Source of the DNA: Candidatus Sulfomarinibacteraceae bacterium
GTDB lineage: Bacteria; Acidobacteriota; Thermoanaerobaculia; Thermoanaerobaculales; Sulfomarinibacteraceae
Length of the DNA: 64,000 nucleotides
NCBI GenBank assembly: GCA_963796455.1
Contig: CAWCLO010000010.1
Location: forward strand, 128,001 to 192,000
Direction of reading: 5' to 3'
The position numbers were made by a program, and so were the translations under genes. The notes beneath the pieces are model-generated. The model was not told the origin of the DNA and searched no databases. It saw only the letters and a list, made by a program, of their open reading frames with translations. The stretch's first letter is position 1; each line of letters starts with the position of its first letter. Positions 44,201 to 56,344 of this stretch are shown piece by piece.

Positions 44201-44912
44201 AACCACAGAGGCACAGAGACACAGAGGACTTCCCGGCGACATCCCCGGTCCGGCGAGATCCTGGCCGCCCAGGGCGGCCAGGTACCGCTGGGGCAGGAAA
44301 CCGCTCCGAAAACCAGCTCTCGTCGCGGTTTCCTGCCCCAGCGGCCTGCGCAATCGCGCAGGTCTCGCCTCCTTCCTCCTCTTTCCTTCAATCAAGAGAG
44401 GATGTCACCGAAGCTAGGCAGAACCGGCATGCCGTAGGCGTGCCGGACGGTGGGAAGCGGGGTGACTCCGAGCGCTGGCGATCGGCAGTCACCCCGCTTC
44501 TCACCCGGCGACTGGCGATCGGAGATCGTCTGGCGATCTGCCGACACTGATGGCACCCTCGCACAAGTTCGCCAACCAGGCCTTGGCGTCGCTGCGACTT
44601 TGCGTTCTTTGCGGTTCAACCATGTGCACGCGAGACGCGTGCACCACCATGGTGGTGCAGCCGTCCCGGCTGCACTCCGGTCGTGCCTTTGCGCCAGCCC
44701 TCTGTGTTCCCTCTCTGTGTCTCCGTGCCTCTGTGGTTTTCTTGGTGTGACTCCTTCGTGTCTTTGTGTCTTCGTGTTTGCGACGGCCCTCGATCTGGTT
44801 CATCTGGGTGATCTGTGGGCAAAGCCGGTCCGTCTCCCGTCGATCGCGACGGTCAATCTGCGTGATCGGCGTGATCTGCGGGAGTTCTCTCTCCGCGCCT
44901 CCGTGGTTCAGC
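44201..44912. repeat. Nested intergenic element of 9-mer-type inverted arms with internal palindromes
   Basis: 44201-44226 and 44713-44738 form a 25/26 inverted repeat; further arm types (cttcgtgtc, atctgcgtg, ctttgcg) and REP-like palindromes inside. Confidence 0.8.
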
Positions 44913-44922
44913 CCTGATCGCG

Positions 44923-45672
44923 TCAATTCCCTGAGTAGTTGATCACCACCTGCGTTGGTCCACCATCCTCTGAATTGACGATGGCAACAACGTTCCGGCC
45001 ACCCTCACCGTTGTTTCCATTGACCATTCCACCCACGGTGTCGTCCTGGCTGTAGGTGTTGACCGCGACGTCATAACCTTCGGCTTCGAGGGCCGCCTTG
45101 TAAAAATCGAGCACCTCGGCCACGCTCATGGTTGTTTTGATCTCGAATCCCCCGCTGGATTGGTCGCCGCTCTTCATCATGTGGCGATTTTGCGGCTCGG
45201 AGCCTTCCGGCAAAGGCACCCAACCCGGAACTTCTTCGGAGACCTGACCCGCGGAGTACACGAGCTCGCCCTCCCCGTCGGTGACCTTGAGATTGCCTTC
45301 CTCGAGATCGCTGGCGTCGATGTTGACCTCGCGGTCGCCGGTTTTGAAGCTGAACTGCCCATTCTCGATATCATCAAAATTGACCGTGATCTCCTCACCG
45401 GTCTTCTTGTTGCGGACGGTCATGGTCCCGGCCGCGGGATCGCTCGAGACCTCTTCAAGTTCGGGGTTGAGTTTGACGATCATTTTAGCCGTCGCCATGG
45501 CCGGGTCGTCTTCGAAGTCGGCCACCATGTCTTTTGCTTTGTTTGCCAGCAGGAAGCCGCCCACCGTCATGGCAATCATGACAAAGACGACAATCGCGCC
45601 GCAGCCGATGCCAACCCACGCCCATACCGGAAGACCTGTTTTTGCCGAAGTCTGTGCGCCGTTGCTCATCAC
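44923..45672 (-). CDS. Hypothetical single-TM protein with periplasmic domain
   Basis: WAWVGIGCG TM segment, acidic beta-rich C-terminus, GGAGG RBS. Confidence 0.8.
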   Translation of the reverse strand: MMSNGAQTSAKTGLPVWAWVGIGCGAIVVFVMIAMTVGGFLLANKAKDMVADFEDDPAMATAKMIVKLNPELEEVSSDPAAGTMTVRNKKTGEEITVNFDDIENGQFSFKTGDREVNIDASDLEEGNLKVTDGEGELVYSAGQVSEEVPGWVPLPEGSEPQNRHMMKSGDQSSGGFEIKTTMSVAEVLDFYKAALEAEGYDVAVNTYSQDDTVGGMVNGNNGEGGRNVVAIVNSEDGGPTQVVINYSGN

Positions 45673-46002
45673 AACCTCCTCGTGCGGTTCGCCACCGCAT
45701 GGTTTTCTGCTGAGGCTTCGAGGATATCACCGCTCGATGCTCGATACTCGATACTCGATCCCGATCCCGATCACGAGCCCGTTGCCGTTACCGCTACCGA
45801 CAGGGAGAAATGGGGAAAGGGGGAAAGGGAGAAGCAGCCCCCACCTGGCAGAGGGGCATGGGGGCAGAGGACCGCTCGGCTTCCTCGCTATCGCTATCGG
45901 AATCGCTATCGCTATCGTTGGGCTGCTGTAGATACCGATCCTGAAAGGGAGAAAGGGGAACCAACCGGCACTGGTTTCGCCCACGTACCCATGTCGCTAC
46001 CC

Positions 46003-46124
46003 GATGTCATCCTGAGCGAAGCGCCTTTGGCGCGAAGTCGAAGGATCTGCGGACTGAGGATGTTCCATTCATCTCATAGATCCTTCGACTCCGCCCCTGT
46101 GGGGGCTCCGCTCAGGATGACATC
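46003..46124. repeat. Palindromic REP/MITE-like element, copy 2
   Basis: Near-identical arms and flanks (atgtcgc...cccgatgtcatcctgagc; catctcatagatccttcgac; catcttgaa) to 41669-41825. Confidence 0.85.
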
Positions 46125-46205
46125 TTGAAGGACCGTTCCTTTTCCGTTCCTATTGAGACGAAAGGAAAACCCATCGCGGGTCGATAAGCGTGATAAGGAG
46201 CGGGT

Positions 46206-46370
46206 CTCCTCTGCTCCTCTGCCCCTCTGCTCCTCTGCCCCTCTGCCCCTCTGCCCCTCTGCCCCTCTGCCCCTCTGCTCTGCCCCTCTGCCCCTCTGCC
46301 CCTCTGCCCCTCTGCCCCTCTGCTGCCCTTCTGCCCCTCTGCCCCTCTGCTCCTCTGCTCCTCTGCTCCC
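46206..46370. repeat. Octamer microsatellite (CYCCTCTG)n, roughly 20 units
   Basis: Seen directly; preceded by GTGATAAGGAGCGGGT. Confidence 0.95.
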
Positions 46371-46447
46371 TTTCTCGGTCATCCGTGTGGATCTCCATCT
46401 CCAATCCAGATAGGATGTAGGGTAGTGGATGACCCAGGAAGACCCCG

Positions 46448-47683
46448 ATGAACGCCGAGATCGTTGCGGTCGCCTTGTGTCTGCTCGGCTCCGGCTTCTT
46501 CTCCGGGTCGGAGACCGCACTCACCTCCCTGCCCGTCACCCGCCTCGAGGCCCTGCGGCAACGTTCCGGTCGTTTGACCCGCGCCGGTCTCGACCGCTGG
46601 GCGAAGGCGCCTCAGGAATTGTTGATCACGATCCTGGTCGGCAACAATCTGGTCAACGTCCTCGCTTCGGCCCTGGCCACCAGCATCGCCTACCGGGTTT
46701 CTTCTGATGGCAGTCTGGCGGCGGTGGTCGGTGTGATGACCCTGGGAATTCTGATCTTTGGCGAAATCACCCCAAAAACTCTAGCGCAACAGCACTCCGA
46801 GTGGATCGCCGCACGGGTGGCACCGATCCTCTACGTGCTCGATGTCGTCCTGCGCCCGATCAACTGGGTGCTCGGTCTGCTCTCACGATTTCTTTCACGG
46901 GGTCAAACGCCCGAGTTGGCGGTCACCGAAGAAGACCTGGTCTTCATGTTGCGCCTGGCCCACCGTCATGCCCATTTGCCGCGCGATTCGAGGATCATGA
47001 TCGAATCGGTGCTTCGATTTCAGAATGCCGTTGCGCGCGAGGTCATGATCCCGCGACCGATGGTCGCAACCATCGACAAATCCCTGTCGCTGAAAGACCT
47101 GCAACTTTTTTTGGCCACCACTCCACACAGCCGCTTTCCCGTGGTCGACGGCTCACCCGACGACATCGTCGGTGCCCTTCATACCAAACACCTCCTGCGC
47201 CTCGACGACGGTGAGCCCTGGAACGATCTGGTCGTCCCGGCTCTCTTCATACCGGAGACCAGGTTGCTACCCGATTTGTTGCAGGATTTCCGAAGATCGG
47301 GCCAGCATCTGGCCTTGGTGCTCGACGAATTCGGCGGTCTTTCCGGAGTGGTCACCCTCGAAGACTTGCTCGAATTGGTGGTCGGGGAGATCGAGGACGA
47401 ATTCGACCTCGGCCACGAAGCGGCGGTCAAGGCGGAGGGGGACGCCTGGAGGGTCGCCGGCTATCTCTCGCTCCGGCGCCTGGAGTCCATCTTCCATCGC
47501 GCCATCGAGGAGCCCGAGGACATCGAATCCGTCGGCGGGCTGATCACCCATCTAGTGGAGGACGAGGTCCTGCCCGGAACCTCGGTTCACTGGGACGGCC
47601 TCGACCTCAAAGTCGAGACGATCGAAGACGGTCGCCCCGCCCTCGTCCTGGTTTCGAAAGTCCCGTCAAGGAACCGCGGCTGA
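46448..47683 (+). CDS. CNNM/CorB-type hemolysin-family protein (DUF21, CBS pair, CorC_HlyC)
   Basis: GFFSGSETAL, ILVGNNLVN, FGEITPK, HSRFPV, DEFGG...TLEDLLE. Confidence 0.93.
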   Translation: MNAEIVAVALCLLGSGFFSGSETALTSLPVTRLEALRQRSGRLTRAGLDRWAKAPQELLITILVGNNLVNVLASALATSIAYRVSSDGSLAAVVGVMTLGILIFGEITPKTLAQQHSEWIAARVAPILYVLDVVLRPINWVLGLLSRFLSRGQTPELAVTEEDLVFMLRLAHRHAHLPRDSRIMIESVLRFQNAVAREVMIPRPMVATIDKSLSLKDLQLFLATTPHSRFPVVDGSPDDIVGALHTKHLLRLDDGEPWNDLVVPALFIPETRLLPDLLQDFRRSGQHLALVLDEFGGLSGVVTLEDLLELVVGEIEDEFDLGHEAAVKAEGDAWRVAGYLSLRRLESIFHRAIEEPEDIESVGGLITHLVEDEVLPGTSVHWDGLDLKVETIEDGRPALVLVSKVPSRNRG

Positions 47684-50600
47684 CCAACCCAGGGTATCCG
47701 CTGATTCGAAGCTGTCCGCGAAGAGCACCGGGGTGGGCGGCAGATCCCGCATCGAGCCGTAGACCCCATCAGTCCCGGAATCCTGGCCCTGACTCGACCA
47801 GACGACCCAAAAGTTTCCGGCTTCGGAACATGCGACATCCACCTGGTATTGGGCCCCAGCGTAGTAGTTGTTGAACGGAAGCTCGTCCGATGCAAAGGAA
47901 CCGTCATCATCGAGCAAGCGCCCGAAGACTCCCGCTCCCGAACTATCCTGGCCATAGCTCTCCCAGACCACGGCCACGTGTCCGTTTGCTTCGCCGTCTA
48001 CCGCCGGGTTGCGTTGGTTGCCGTCGGTGAAATCGTTGATCCGAAATTCACTGCCTGCCGCAACGCCGTCGCCATCGAACCAGCGACCGCGCACGCTGTA
48101 ACCCGATCCATCCTGACCGGTGGCGTCCTGCCACGCGACCAGGAATGCGCCGCCGCCCACCACCGCGGCCACCGGCCTCGACTGGTCGCCTGTGATGACG
48201 GTGTTGACCAGGAACTCTCCGGCAATGGGCACACCCGCGCCGGTCCAGCCGGCGGCCGACCACAGATTCTGAGATTCCGTCGTCCTGCCCCCAACTCTCC
48301 CACACCACCACGAAACCTCCGTCGGGCGAAGCTCCAACGCTGGGATTGTCCTGGTTTCCGGTGGTGGTGGTGTTGACCGCGAACTCATCACCCACCGGCG
48401 TGCCGTCGAGGCCGAAGACCCGTGCAAATACGCCAGGACCCCCACCGGAGTCATTGTCCTGCCAGACAATCATCACCTGGTTGCCACCGTCGATCGCGAT
48501 CTGTGGAACTGTTTGAGTATTCGAACCGGAGGACCCGACCGCGTATTCGCCGCCAAGGGCAGCGCCGGCGGCATCATAGCGCCGTGCCAGGATCTCGGTT
48601 CCACCTTCAGTGGCGGCCTGCCAAACGACGGTGAAGGAACCGTCAGACGCAACCGCAACTCCAGGGTTTTGTTGATCCTCGTCAGTCGACTGGTTGATCT
48701 GAAACTCCTCTCCAACCGGATCGCCATTGCCGTCAAATCGTTGTCCGAATACGCCCCAGCCCCACCCGTCCTGGTTCCAGCTTTCCCACACCACCGTGGA
48801 GTTCCCAGTGGCATTGACACTCACCGCCGGCTTGTCTTGGATGTTCGGTATTGAGGAGTTGATTCGGTTTTCAAGAGCCTCGTCATCGGTGAGGGCGACG
48901 ACTGACGTGCCCGGGGCACCGATCTCGATGTCGCCGACCGGATTGGAGAGCGTCACCTGGAAGTTCTCGCCTCCCTCGACATCGTTGTCGTCGATGAGAG
49001 CAATCGTGATCGTCTTGTCGTCGCCGTTTCCGGCCGCCCAATCGAGGGTCCCGGAGCCAGCCACGTAGTCCGATCCCGATGAGGCGGTACCATCCGCCGT
49101 CGCCCATTCGATCGATGCCGCGCCGTCGGTGTTTCCGGTGCGGGTGACGATGAGATCCACGCTGGCGTCGGTTTCGGCCACTCCGTAGGACGGCGGACTC
49201 GAATTGAAGTCTCGGCCCATCTTCGTCGATGATCGTCACGGTGAAGACCGAAGGCGAACCGAGTACCGTGCCTGCGGTCGGATTGCTGAGCGTGACCTGG
49301 AAGTTCTCGTCAGTTTCTCGGACCTCATCATCGGTAAGGGAAACCGAGATGGTCTTGGGGACCTGGTCGCCCGGCCCCCATTGCAGCGTTCCGGAAGTCG
49401 ATGTGTAGTCCGATCCAGCGGTCGCGGTTCCACCCTCGGTCGCGTAGCTCACAGATACCGTCCCAAGCGCCGGTCCGGAGCGGGAAACATAGGCGGAGAC
49501 GGTTCCGCCGTCCTCTCCAACCTCCGTGGAACCGGAGCCGAAGCGCAGCACATCGACGTCGTCGTCGACGATGGTCAGCAGCGCTCGATTGAGGACACTG
49601 AGGGTCGTCGGGCCCGTTGGGGTGTGGAGTTTGAGAATCAGTTGTTCCTGTCCTTCGATGTCACCGTCGTTCTGGATCGGGACCTGGACAGTTTTGTCCG
49701 TGGTGTCGCCATCGTTCCAGGTGACGGTCTGATTGATTTCGGTGTAATCAGAACCGGCAACCGCGCTGCCATCCTCGGAAGTGATCGTCACTCCCACAGC
49801 CCCTTCACCGTTCCCGTTCCGACGGAGGGTCACCGTCGCCGCGCCGGCCTGCTCGTCGACCGAGTAGGAGTTCGCGGAAAATTGCAGAGACGTGGACTGC
49901 TCGTAGGGTTCCAGGAGTTTCAATGCCGTCAGCACTCCGTCCATGCTCGCGAGGTAGAGCCGGCCCTCGCTCCACGCCAGATCTCCTCGTACGGCGGTCT
50001 CATCCACCGCGTCGGGTGGATAATCGTAGGACCAGACACTCTCGTGGGTGGTGAGATCGATGGCGTGGATCGCAGATCCCTCGTCGCTGTGGTTCCGCCA
50101 ATCAACGTCGACGACGGTAACGATCACATGGGAGTCGGTGACGATCATGGTGCCTTCAGCCTCGAAAGGGGCCTGTGGCGACCACGACCACAACAGAGTG
50201 CCGTCGTCCTGATCCCGGGCCTCGACGTTGCCGTGGTTGATGGCATAGATGACGCCCTTGGCAACCGACACCTGGCCGGCCAAGGCGTTGCGCCGGTTCC
50301 CACCGAAACCATCGTTCACAAAGTATCCAACCTCTTCGTTCACGAAATCGAAGGAAAGGAGTCGACCGTTGTGAATCACGAATGCGTCATTTCGACCACC
50401 CAGCGCCGGCGCGAGATCCATCGACTGGAGGTGCCATTCCGTTGTCGTGTCGACGATGGTGACCTCCTTGGTTCCATTTGCGCAAGATATGGCATACATG
50501 GTCCCGCCGACATAGTTGTAGGCGCGGATTCCATCCACCGCCGGGGTCCACAGGGGGTACTCCTTCAATCTGGCGTACCATCGGAATGGGGGGTCGTCGT

Positions 50601-51192
50601 AGAAATCGAAAGCGACAAGACCGATGTACCTGCCGCCGCCAATGTACGCGACATTGTCGACGATGGTCGGCGCATAGTAGGCGTAGTACCAGGCTTCGTG
50701 GACACCGGTGTCGATGACGGAGCCACTCTCGGCATTGAAGGTGTAAAGAGCGCTTTGTTCAAAGTTGACGACCTGGAGATATACCTTGCCGTTGTCATAG
50801 GCAGGAGGATTGACGGATTTGACGCTGCCGAAATCCTTGGACCACAGGATGGATCCATCCTCAGCGTCGAGGGTGTAATAGTCATCCTCTCCGACTGTGT
50901 AGTCCACCTGTTCGGTGGAGACATAAACCCGGCCGTCGACGGCCGTCACCGGAAAGAGGCCGTCATTGTGGTCGGGAGCCAAAACCACTTCCCAGTCGAG
51001 AGCAAAATCATTCGGGTCGAAAGACACTGGGACGTAACCCGTATGGGCGGGATTCCCCTGGAACATGGGCCAGCTCACCTGGGCATCGAGCCCCCCCGGA
51101 ACAAACATCACCACCAAGGTCGAGGCGGTGACCAGAGTGAGCCCTATCGAAAACCGAACTCCTGAGAAGTGCTTTCCACCAGTTGGCCGCAT
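47666..51192 (-). CDS. Large exported protein: PQQ-like beta-propeller, three Calx-beta domains, repeat domain; split by frameshifts near 49195 and 48240-48310
   Basis: Consecutive ORFs 48883..51207, 48048..49220 and 47666..48469 continue the same domain series (WPMFQGNPAHTG; ATAGSDYT..GTLQW; EFQIN..DQQNP); C-terminus LFADSFES. Confidence 0.8.
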
Positions 51193-51350
51193 GAGACGGT
51201 CCTCCACCTTTCTATTTTAAATGAGAGCAATTCCGTAACTGGCTGGTTTGAGTCGATTTATGAGACATTGTCTCGGGTTTCGTGTCAAACATTTGCAAAT
51301 TTGACAAAATCAAGACTCCATATGGGTATATTTGCCACAAGGTATCCGAG
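51193..51350 (-). promoter_or_regulatory. AT-rich upstream region duplicated at 56163-56322, with palindromic operator-like sites
   Basis: TGAGACAttGTCTC (51261) and TGTCAAA..TTTGCAAATTTGACAAA (51283-51308), conserved in both copies. Confidence 0.65.
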
Positions 51351-51443
51351 CCCCCGACGATCTCCGCTCTGCGCGCGACGGCTCTTCTGCGCTGACGCCC
51401 TCGTGCCGAAACGCCGGTCAAACCGTAACGATCAGTATCACGT

Positions 51444-54400
51444 TCAGGGACCTGAAGCCGTCCAGACCGTGACGTCACCCGACTCAAAACCGTCCCGAAG
51501 GATGATCGGACCCGCATGGAGTTGCTTGACGGAGCCAAAGACACCCTCGGTCGCCTGGTCCTGTGCCGCGCTCGCCCAGACCGACAGAAACGCCCCCGAG
51601 GCCGAACAGGCAACGCTCGGCCGGTACTGGGCGCCCTCGGTATAGGAGTTGAACGGGATCTCTCCCGAGGCCATGGTCCCGTCGTCTTCGAGCAGACGTC
51701 CGTAGATCCCGGAACCCGAACCGTCCTGGCCATAGCTCTCCCACAGGACCGCGGCACGTCCGTAGTAGCTCCGCACCTGCTGTGGGATTACGTTGGTTGC
51801 CATCGGTGAATGAATTGACGGTGAATTCGGAGCCCGTTGCTGCCCCGGAGCCGTTAAACCATCGGCCGCGCACGCTGTAACCCGAACCGTCCTGCCCGGT
51901 GGCGTCCTCCCAGACGACCAGGAAACCACCCCCACCGACCACCGCCACCGATGGTTTTTTCTGATCACCGACGATCACACTGTTGACGATGAGCTCTCCG
52001 CCGAGAGGCGCGCCTTGACTCGAATATCTGCGCACGATGACCGATTCAGAGTAACCGTCGTCCTGGCTGTAGCTCTCCCACACCACCACGAAGCCCCCGT
52101 CGGGCGAGCCATCGACATGGGGTGTGTCCTGGCTCTGCGGAGTCGTCGTGTTGACCGCGAATTCGTCACCCTCCGGTATTCCACCGGTATCGATCAAACG
52201 CGCGAAGACACCGGAACCCGAAACGTCGCTGCCCTGCCAAACGACCATGAATCGGCTGCTGGAATCGACCGCGATCTTTGGCGCGGACTGGCTTCCAGAT
52301 AGTGAGGAGTTGACCACGAACTCATCGGTCAAGGGCAAACCGGCAGCATCGAAGCGGCGGGCCATGATCTCGGTCCCGCCGGTGGCGGCAGCCTGCCACA
52401 CCACCACAAAGGACCCATCGAAGGCCACCGCAACCGAAGCCTTTTGTTGATCTTCATCGGTGGTCTGGTTGACCTGGAACTCGCCGCCCTGAAACGCGCC
52501 GATCCGTCGATTCGACGGCCATAGACTCCCAGACCCCAACCGTCCTGACCCTGACTCTCCCACACCACGACGCCGTGACCATTTGAGTTCTTCGCCGAAC
52601 GGGGAAAGGTCTGAGTACTCGCGGAGGTGGTGTTGATCTGGGTTTCCTGCCCTTCGTCGTCGTTGATTTTCAGGTGGCGCCGGATGGATCGCCCATCGAC
52701 ACGTTTCCGGTGGCGTTTGAAAGGCTGAGCAGCACGGTTTCGTTGCCCTCGACAAGGGAGTCGTCGAGAAGTGTAATGGTCACGATCTTATTCTCGCTTT
52801 CGCCATCCCCCCAGCTGAGGGTCTCCGATCTCTCCTCATAGTCTTCGCCCGGGGTGGCGCTACCCATAGCCGTGTTGTAATCGACCGACACCACGCCAGT
52901 GTCCCCAATCACCCGCATGACGGTAATTTCTGCGACTCCTTGATCTTCAACTTCCGAGAATTCGGCGTTGGAGTATCGGATCTGCGATGCGTCGTTGTCC
53001 GAAATGCTGAGCACCGCCGCATCTGGCGCCGTCAACGCCGCCGGCCCGGTGGGGTTGGAGAGCGTGATGTTGACGGTTTCGGTGATCTCCACATCCTGAT
53101 CATCGGTGATGGTGATCGAAAAGCTCTTGGGCTGAGTGTCTCCATCGCCCCAATCGAGGGTCCCCACCATGGTGTTGTAGTCCTGGCCTGCAACGGCTGT
53201 CCCGTTGCTGGTTTGGTAGTCCACCGACACCGCGCCCACCGAGGAGAGGGTGCGGTTGACGGGTGATAGTCGCGACGCCGTCCCGTCATTGACCATATAG
53301 CTCATGCTTGACAATGAAAGGTTGGCAATATCGTCGTCGGCGATGGTAACGGTGGCGGAGCTCGGGCTGCCGAGAATGGCAGCCGGCCCGGGGTTGGAGA
53401 GCTCGACGGCGAACGACTCGAAACCCTCGGTGAGATCGTCGTCCGCTATCGGAATTACAATGCTCTTCGGCGCCAGTGTCGCCGGTGGTCCAGCTTCGAG
53501 AGTGACATTCGACACGGAGGTGAAGTCAAGGCCACCAACGGCAGTATCGTCCACCGTCGAATATTCAACCAACACCGGAAAATCGGATCCACCTGAGCGG
53601 GTCACCGTCAGCTGTACCTGGGCGGCATCCTCATCGACACTGACGAAGGCTGAAGCAAAACGGAGATACGAGACATCGTCGTCGATGATGGTCACAGTTG
53701 CCGCTGAAGGGCTTCCGATGATGCCCCCGGATACACCGGAGAGAACGAAGCTGAACTCCTCGTCACCCTCCATGTTCTAGTCGTTGGTAATTGGAATCTC
53801 GACAATTTGATCTAAACTGAAACCGCTGCTCCAACTGAGGACATCGGCCACGCCGACATAGTCAACTCCCTCAGCGGACTACCGCCTGAAGTTGAGGATC
53901 TTCAACCATTTCTCCTTCGCTCGATCCAGTCCGCTGAACCGTCATTGACAAAGTCCCTGCATCTTCATCCACGGTTGCGGCGGAAACCGCCAGCCGCGTA
54001 ATTGGAGGATCTCGACCCCACCGAACCTGAATGCACTGTGGTCCGATCCAACCAGCATTCCGACACGCTCGTAACCGACGATCGGCCAGCTTATAGAGAC
54101 CATTTTCGATCCCAACCGTCTCGCCAAGCGGTTGGCTCTGCCGAGAATCATTCCTTCCTGATCAAAGTCAAATCCACGCAAAACATGATCGCTGCCGAAG
54201 ACGATGATCGGATCGTTATTGAGATCAAAATAGCTGGATACGCTTTCGATCTCCTCGTCACTAACCGTAAATCTGTCGACTACCTTCCACGCTCCAGCGC
54301 CCTGGTCGATGATGACCAGCTCTCCCTGTCGTTTCCAACCACAATCTGCCGAGGACCAGTGCCGCCGAGATTGACGACATCCACCGCTGTTACCTCACCG

Positions 54401-56162
54401 GGTGTGGTCAGCCAGTGATCGTGGGTGATTCCATCGAATACATGCAGACTCTGATTCACCGCGACGATCTCAAGCGCTGGGTCGCTGTAGAGCTGGGCCG
54501 TCAGCACTTCGTCGATCCGGATGAAGGCCGTATCAAGTCATTATTGTCCCACTCAAGGACACCAGGAAGCCCCGTCCAAAACACACAAAAAGCCACCGCC
54601 AAGTGCGACGATTTCGGTATTGGCATCGTTGTCGATGTCATCGACCGACAACGACCTCACGAGTCCGTTACCGGTGACGTAGAGATACGACGCCTCCAGC
54701 TGATGGCTGGTCCCATTCGAAACATGTGAACGTCCCTCCCAAACGCAATGATTATTTCGGTGCTGTTGTCATCATCAACGTCGGCGAATTCGATATCACT
54801 AGATCCTTGAGTAGACAGCACTAGGAAAGGTCTCAGCGTCAGATTTCCATTCGAGTTGATGAAACCTCGCATCAAAAACAAACACGATGCCCATGTAGTC
54901 GTACCCACTGTAGAGAGAAGCGAACGCAACCTCGAAATCCCCATCGTCGTCGGCGTCGCCATATTCCATCCCTGTGAATCAACCAACATATGTCCCGCTT
55001 CTCCATTCGAGTAGCGGATCAGATACCTCGTGTATGAACAATACGTGAGGGCCCGTCGATGTCGCTCCGGAACCCCAAAAGACCTCCAGCCGGCCATCTA
55101 GATCAAGATCGAAGACTCCAACATCGGTTGTTCCATGCTCCGGGTTGTCGATGGACCATAGGGCCGCCTGAGTCTGGGCGTCGTAGCAGTAAATGTCGCC
55201 CCATTGATTGTTGCCCGCGATGATTTCCGGCACACCATCACCGGTCACATCCGTAACCATCATCGAGTCCAGGGCATCGTCATCAATATTCCAATTGGCG
55301 CTTTCCACTCCAGTAGTCGAACGCAAACACCCCGGAATAACCTCCAATGAAAATCTCCATAGCAGGGTCAGCATCCACGTTTCCGAGATCCACCAAAAAG
55401 CCGGGGAACCTCCCAATCTGGTCCACAGGAGGTCTGCAGTGTCTTGGCTGACAAATCGAATTACCCGGCCATCAAGTAGACGATCTCGTTTCCGCTTAGT
55501 TGATCCACGTTCCCAACCTCGGCATCCGAGGCACCGAATTGAAGCGTGTTTTCGAGCTGGCGACTTCGATCGCTCAACCAGTTGAGTCACCGTTTCCCCA
55601 ACCACGACGATCTCCGGGTGGTTGTCGTTGTCAGCGTCTGAAAGAAGAATCCGTGTGATGTGGTTGTCCCCAGCCGTTTCAGACTCTCGATCAATTGAAG
55701 GGACTCGCCGTCGTACACACGGACTCCCCCACCTTGCAAAACACGACCATGACTTCCCAAACCTCGTCACCGTCAGAGTCGAAGGCCGCTAGTGTTTCAA
55801 ATCCGTCCGCTATGAATTCGCTGACATCGGAGATGAAATAATCTTGGCTGCTCGGCCGATTCTCCAGCACGACAAAAACTCTGTTGTCACCTCCGGAATA
55901 GTTCGGTGTGTTGCCAACCACGAGTTCTGGAGTTCCGTCGTCAATGTCACCGTAGGCAAAACCGGAACGGCCGATCTGGTTCGTGAACGAACCAAAGCCC
56001 ACCTATTGTCTACCGGGGGAACCGGAGCAGCCTTTTCTGCAATGACCACTCGGGGAACCAGGTCCATATGATCTTGAAGAAGAGGCTGGTTCCATTGCCT
56101 TCTACACTTAAAGCACCTAGGCCCAAAACAAGAGCTAAACCGAGGAACAAGCATCGAGGCAT
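51444..56162 (-). pseudogene. Paralogous large surface protein (FG-GAP/VCBS-like repeats, Calx-beta, repeat domain), heavily frameshifted: pseudogene or assembly errors
   Basis: Fragments with DVTGDGVPEIIAG, DLDLDGRLEV, Calx-beta (52670..53773), EFQVNQTTDEDQQ; C-terminus IILRDGFESGD; ATG 56162 with GGAGG RBS. Confidence 0.7.
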
Positions 56163-56322
56163 GACAGGGTCCTCCACCCTTCTATTTTAGATGAGATAGA
56201 TGCTGTATCCGCTTGTTTTTTCATGTTTTATGAGACATCGTCTCAGAGATTTGTGTTAAATCTTTGCAAATTTGACAAATATCTTAATTTGCCTTGTCAT
56301 ATTTGCACCCAAGATCCCGAGC
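56163..56322 (-). promoter_or_regulatory. Second copy of the surface-protein upstream region
   Basis: TGAGACAtcGTCTCA (56231-56245) and TTTGCAAATTTGACAAA (56263-56279). Confidence 0.65.
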
Positions 56323-56344
56323 GCCGGCTCCTCTGCCCCTCCGC

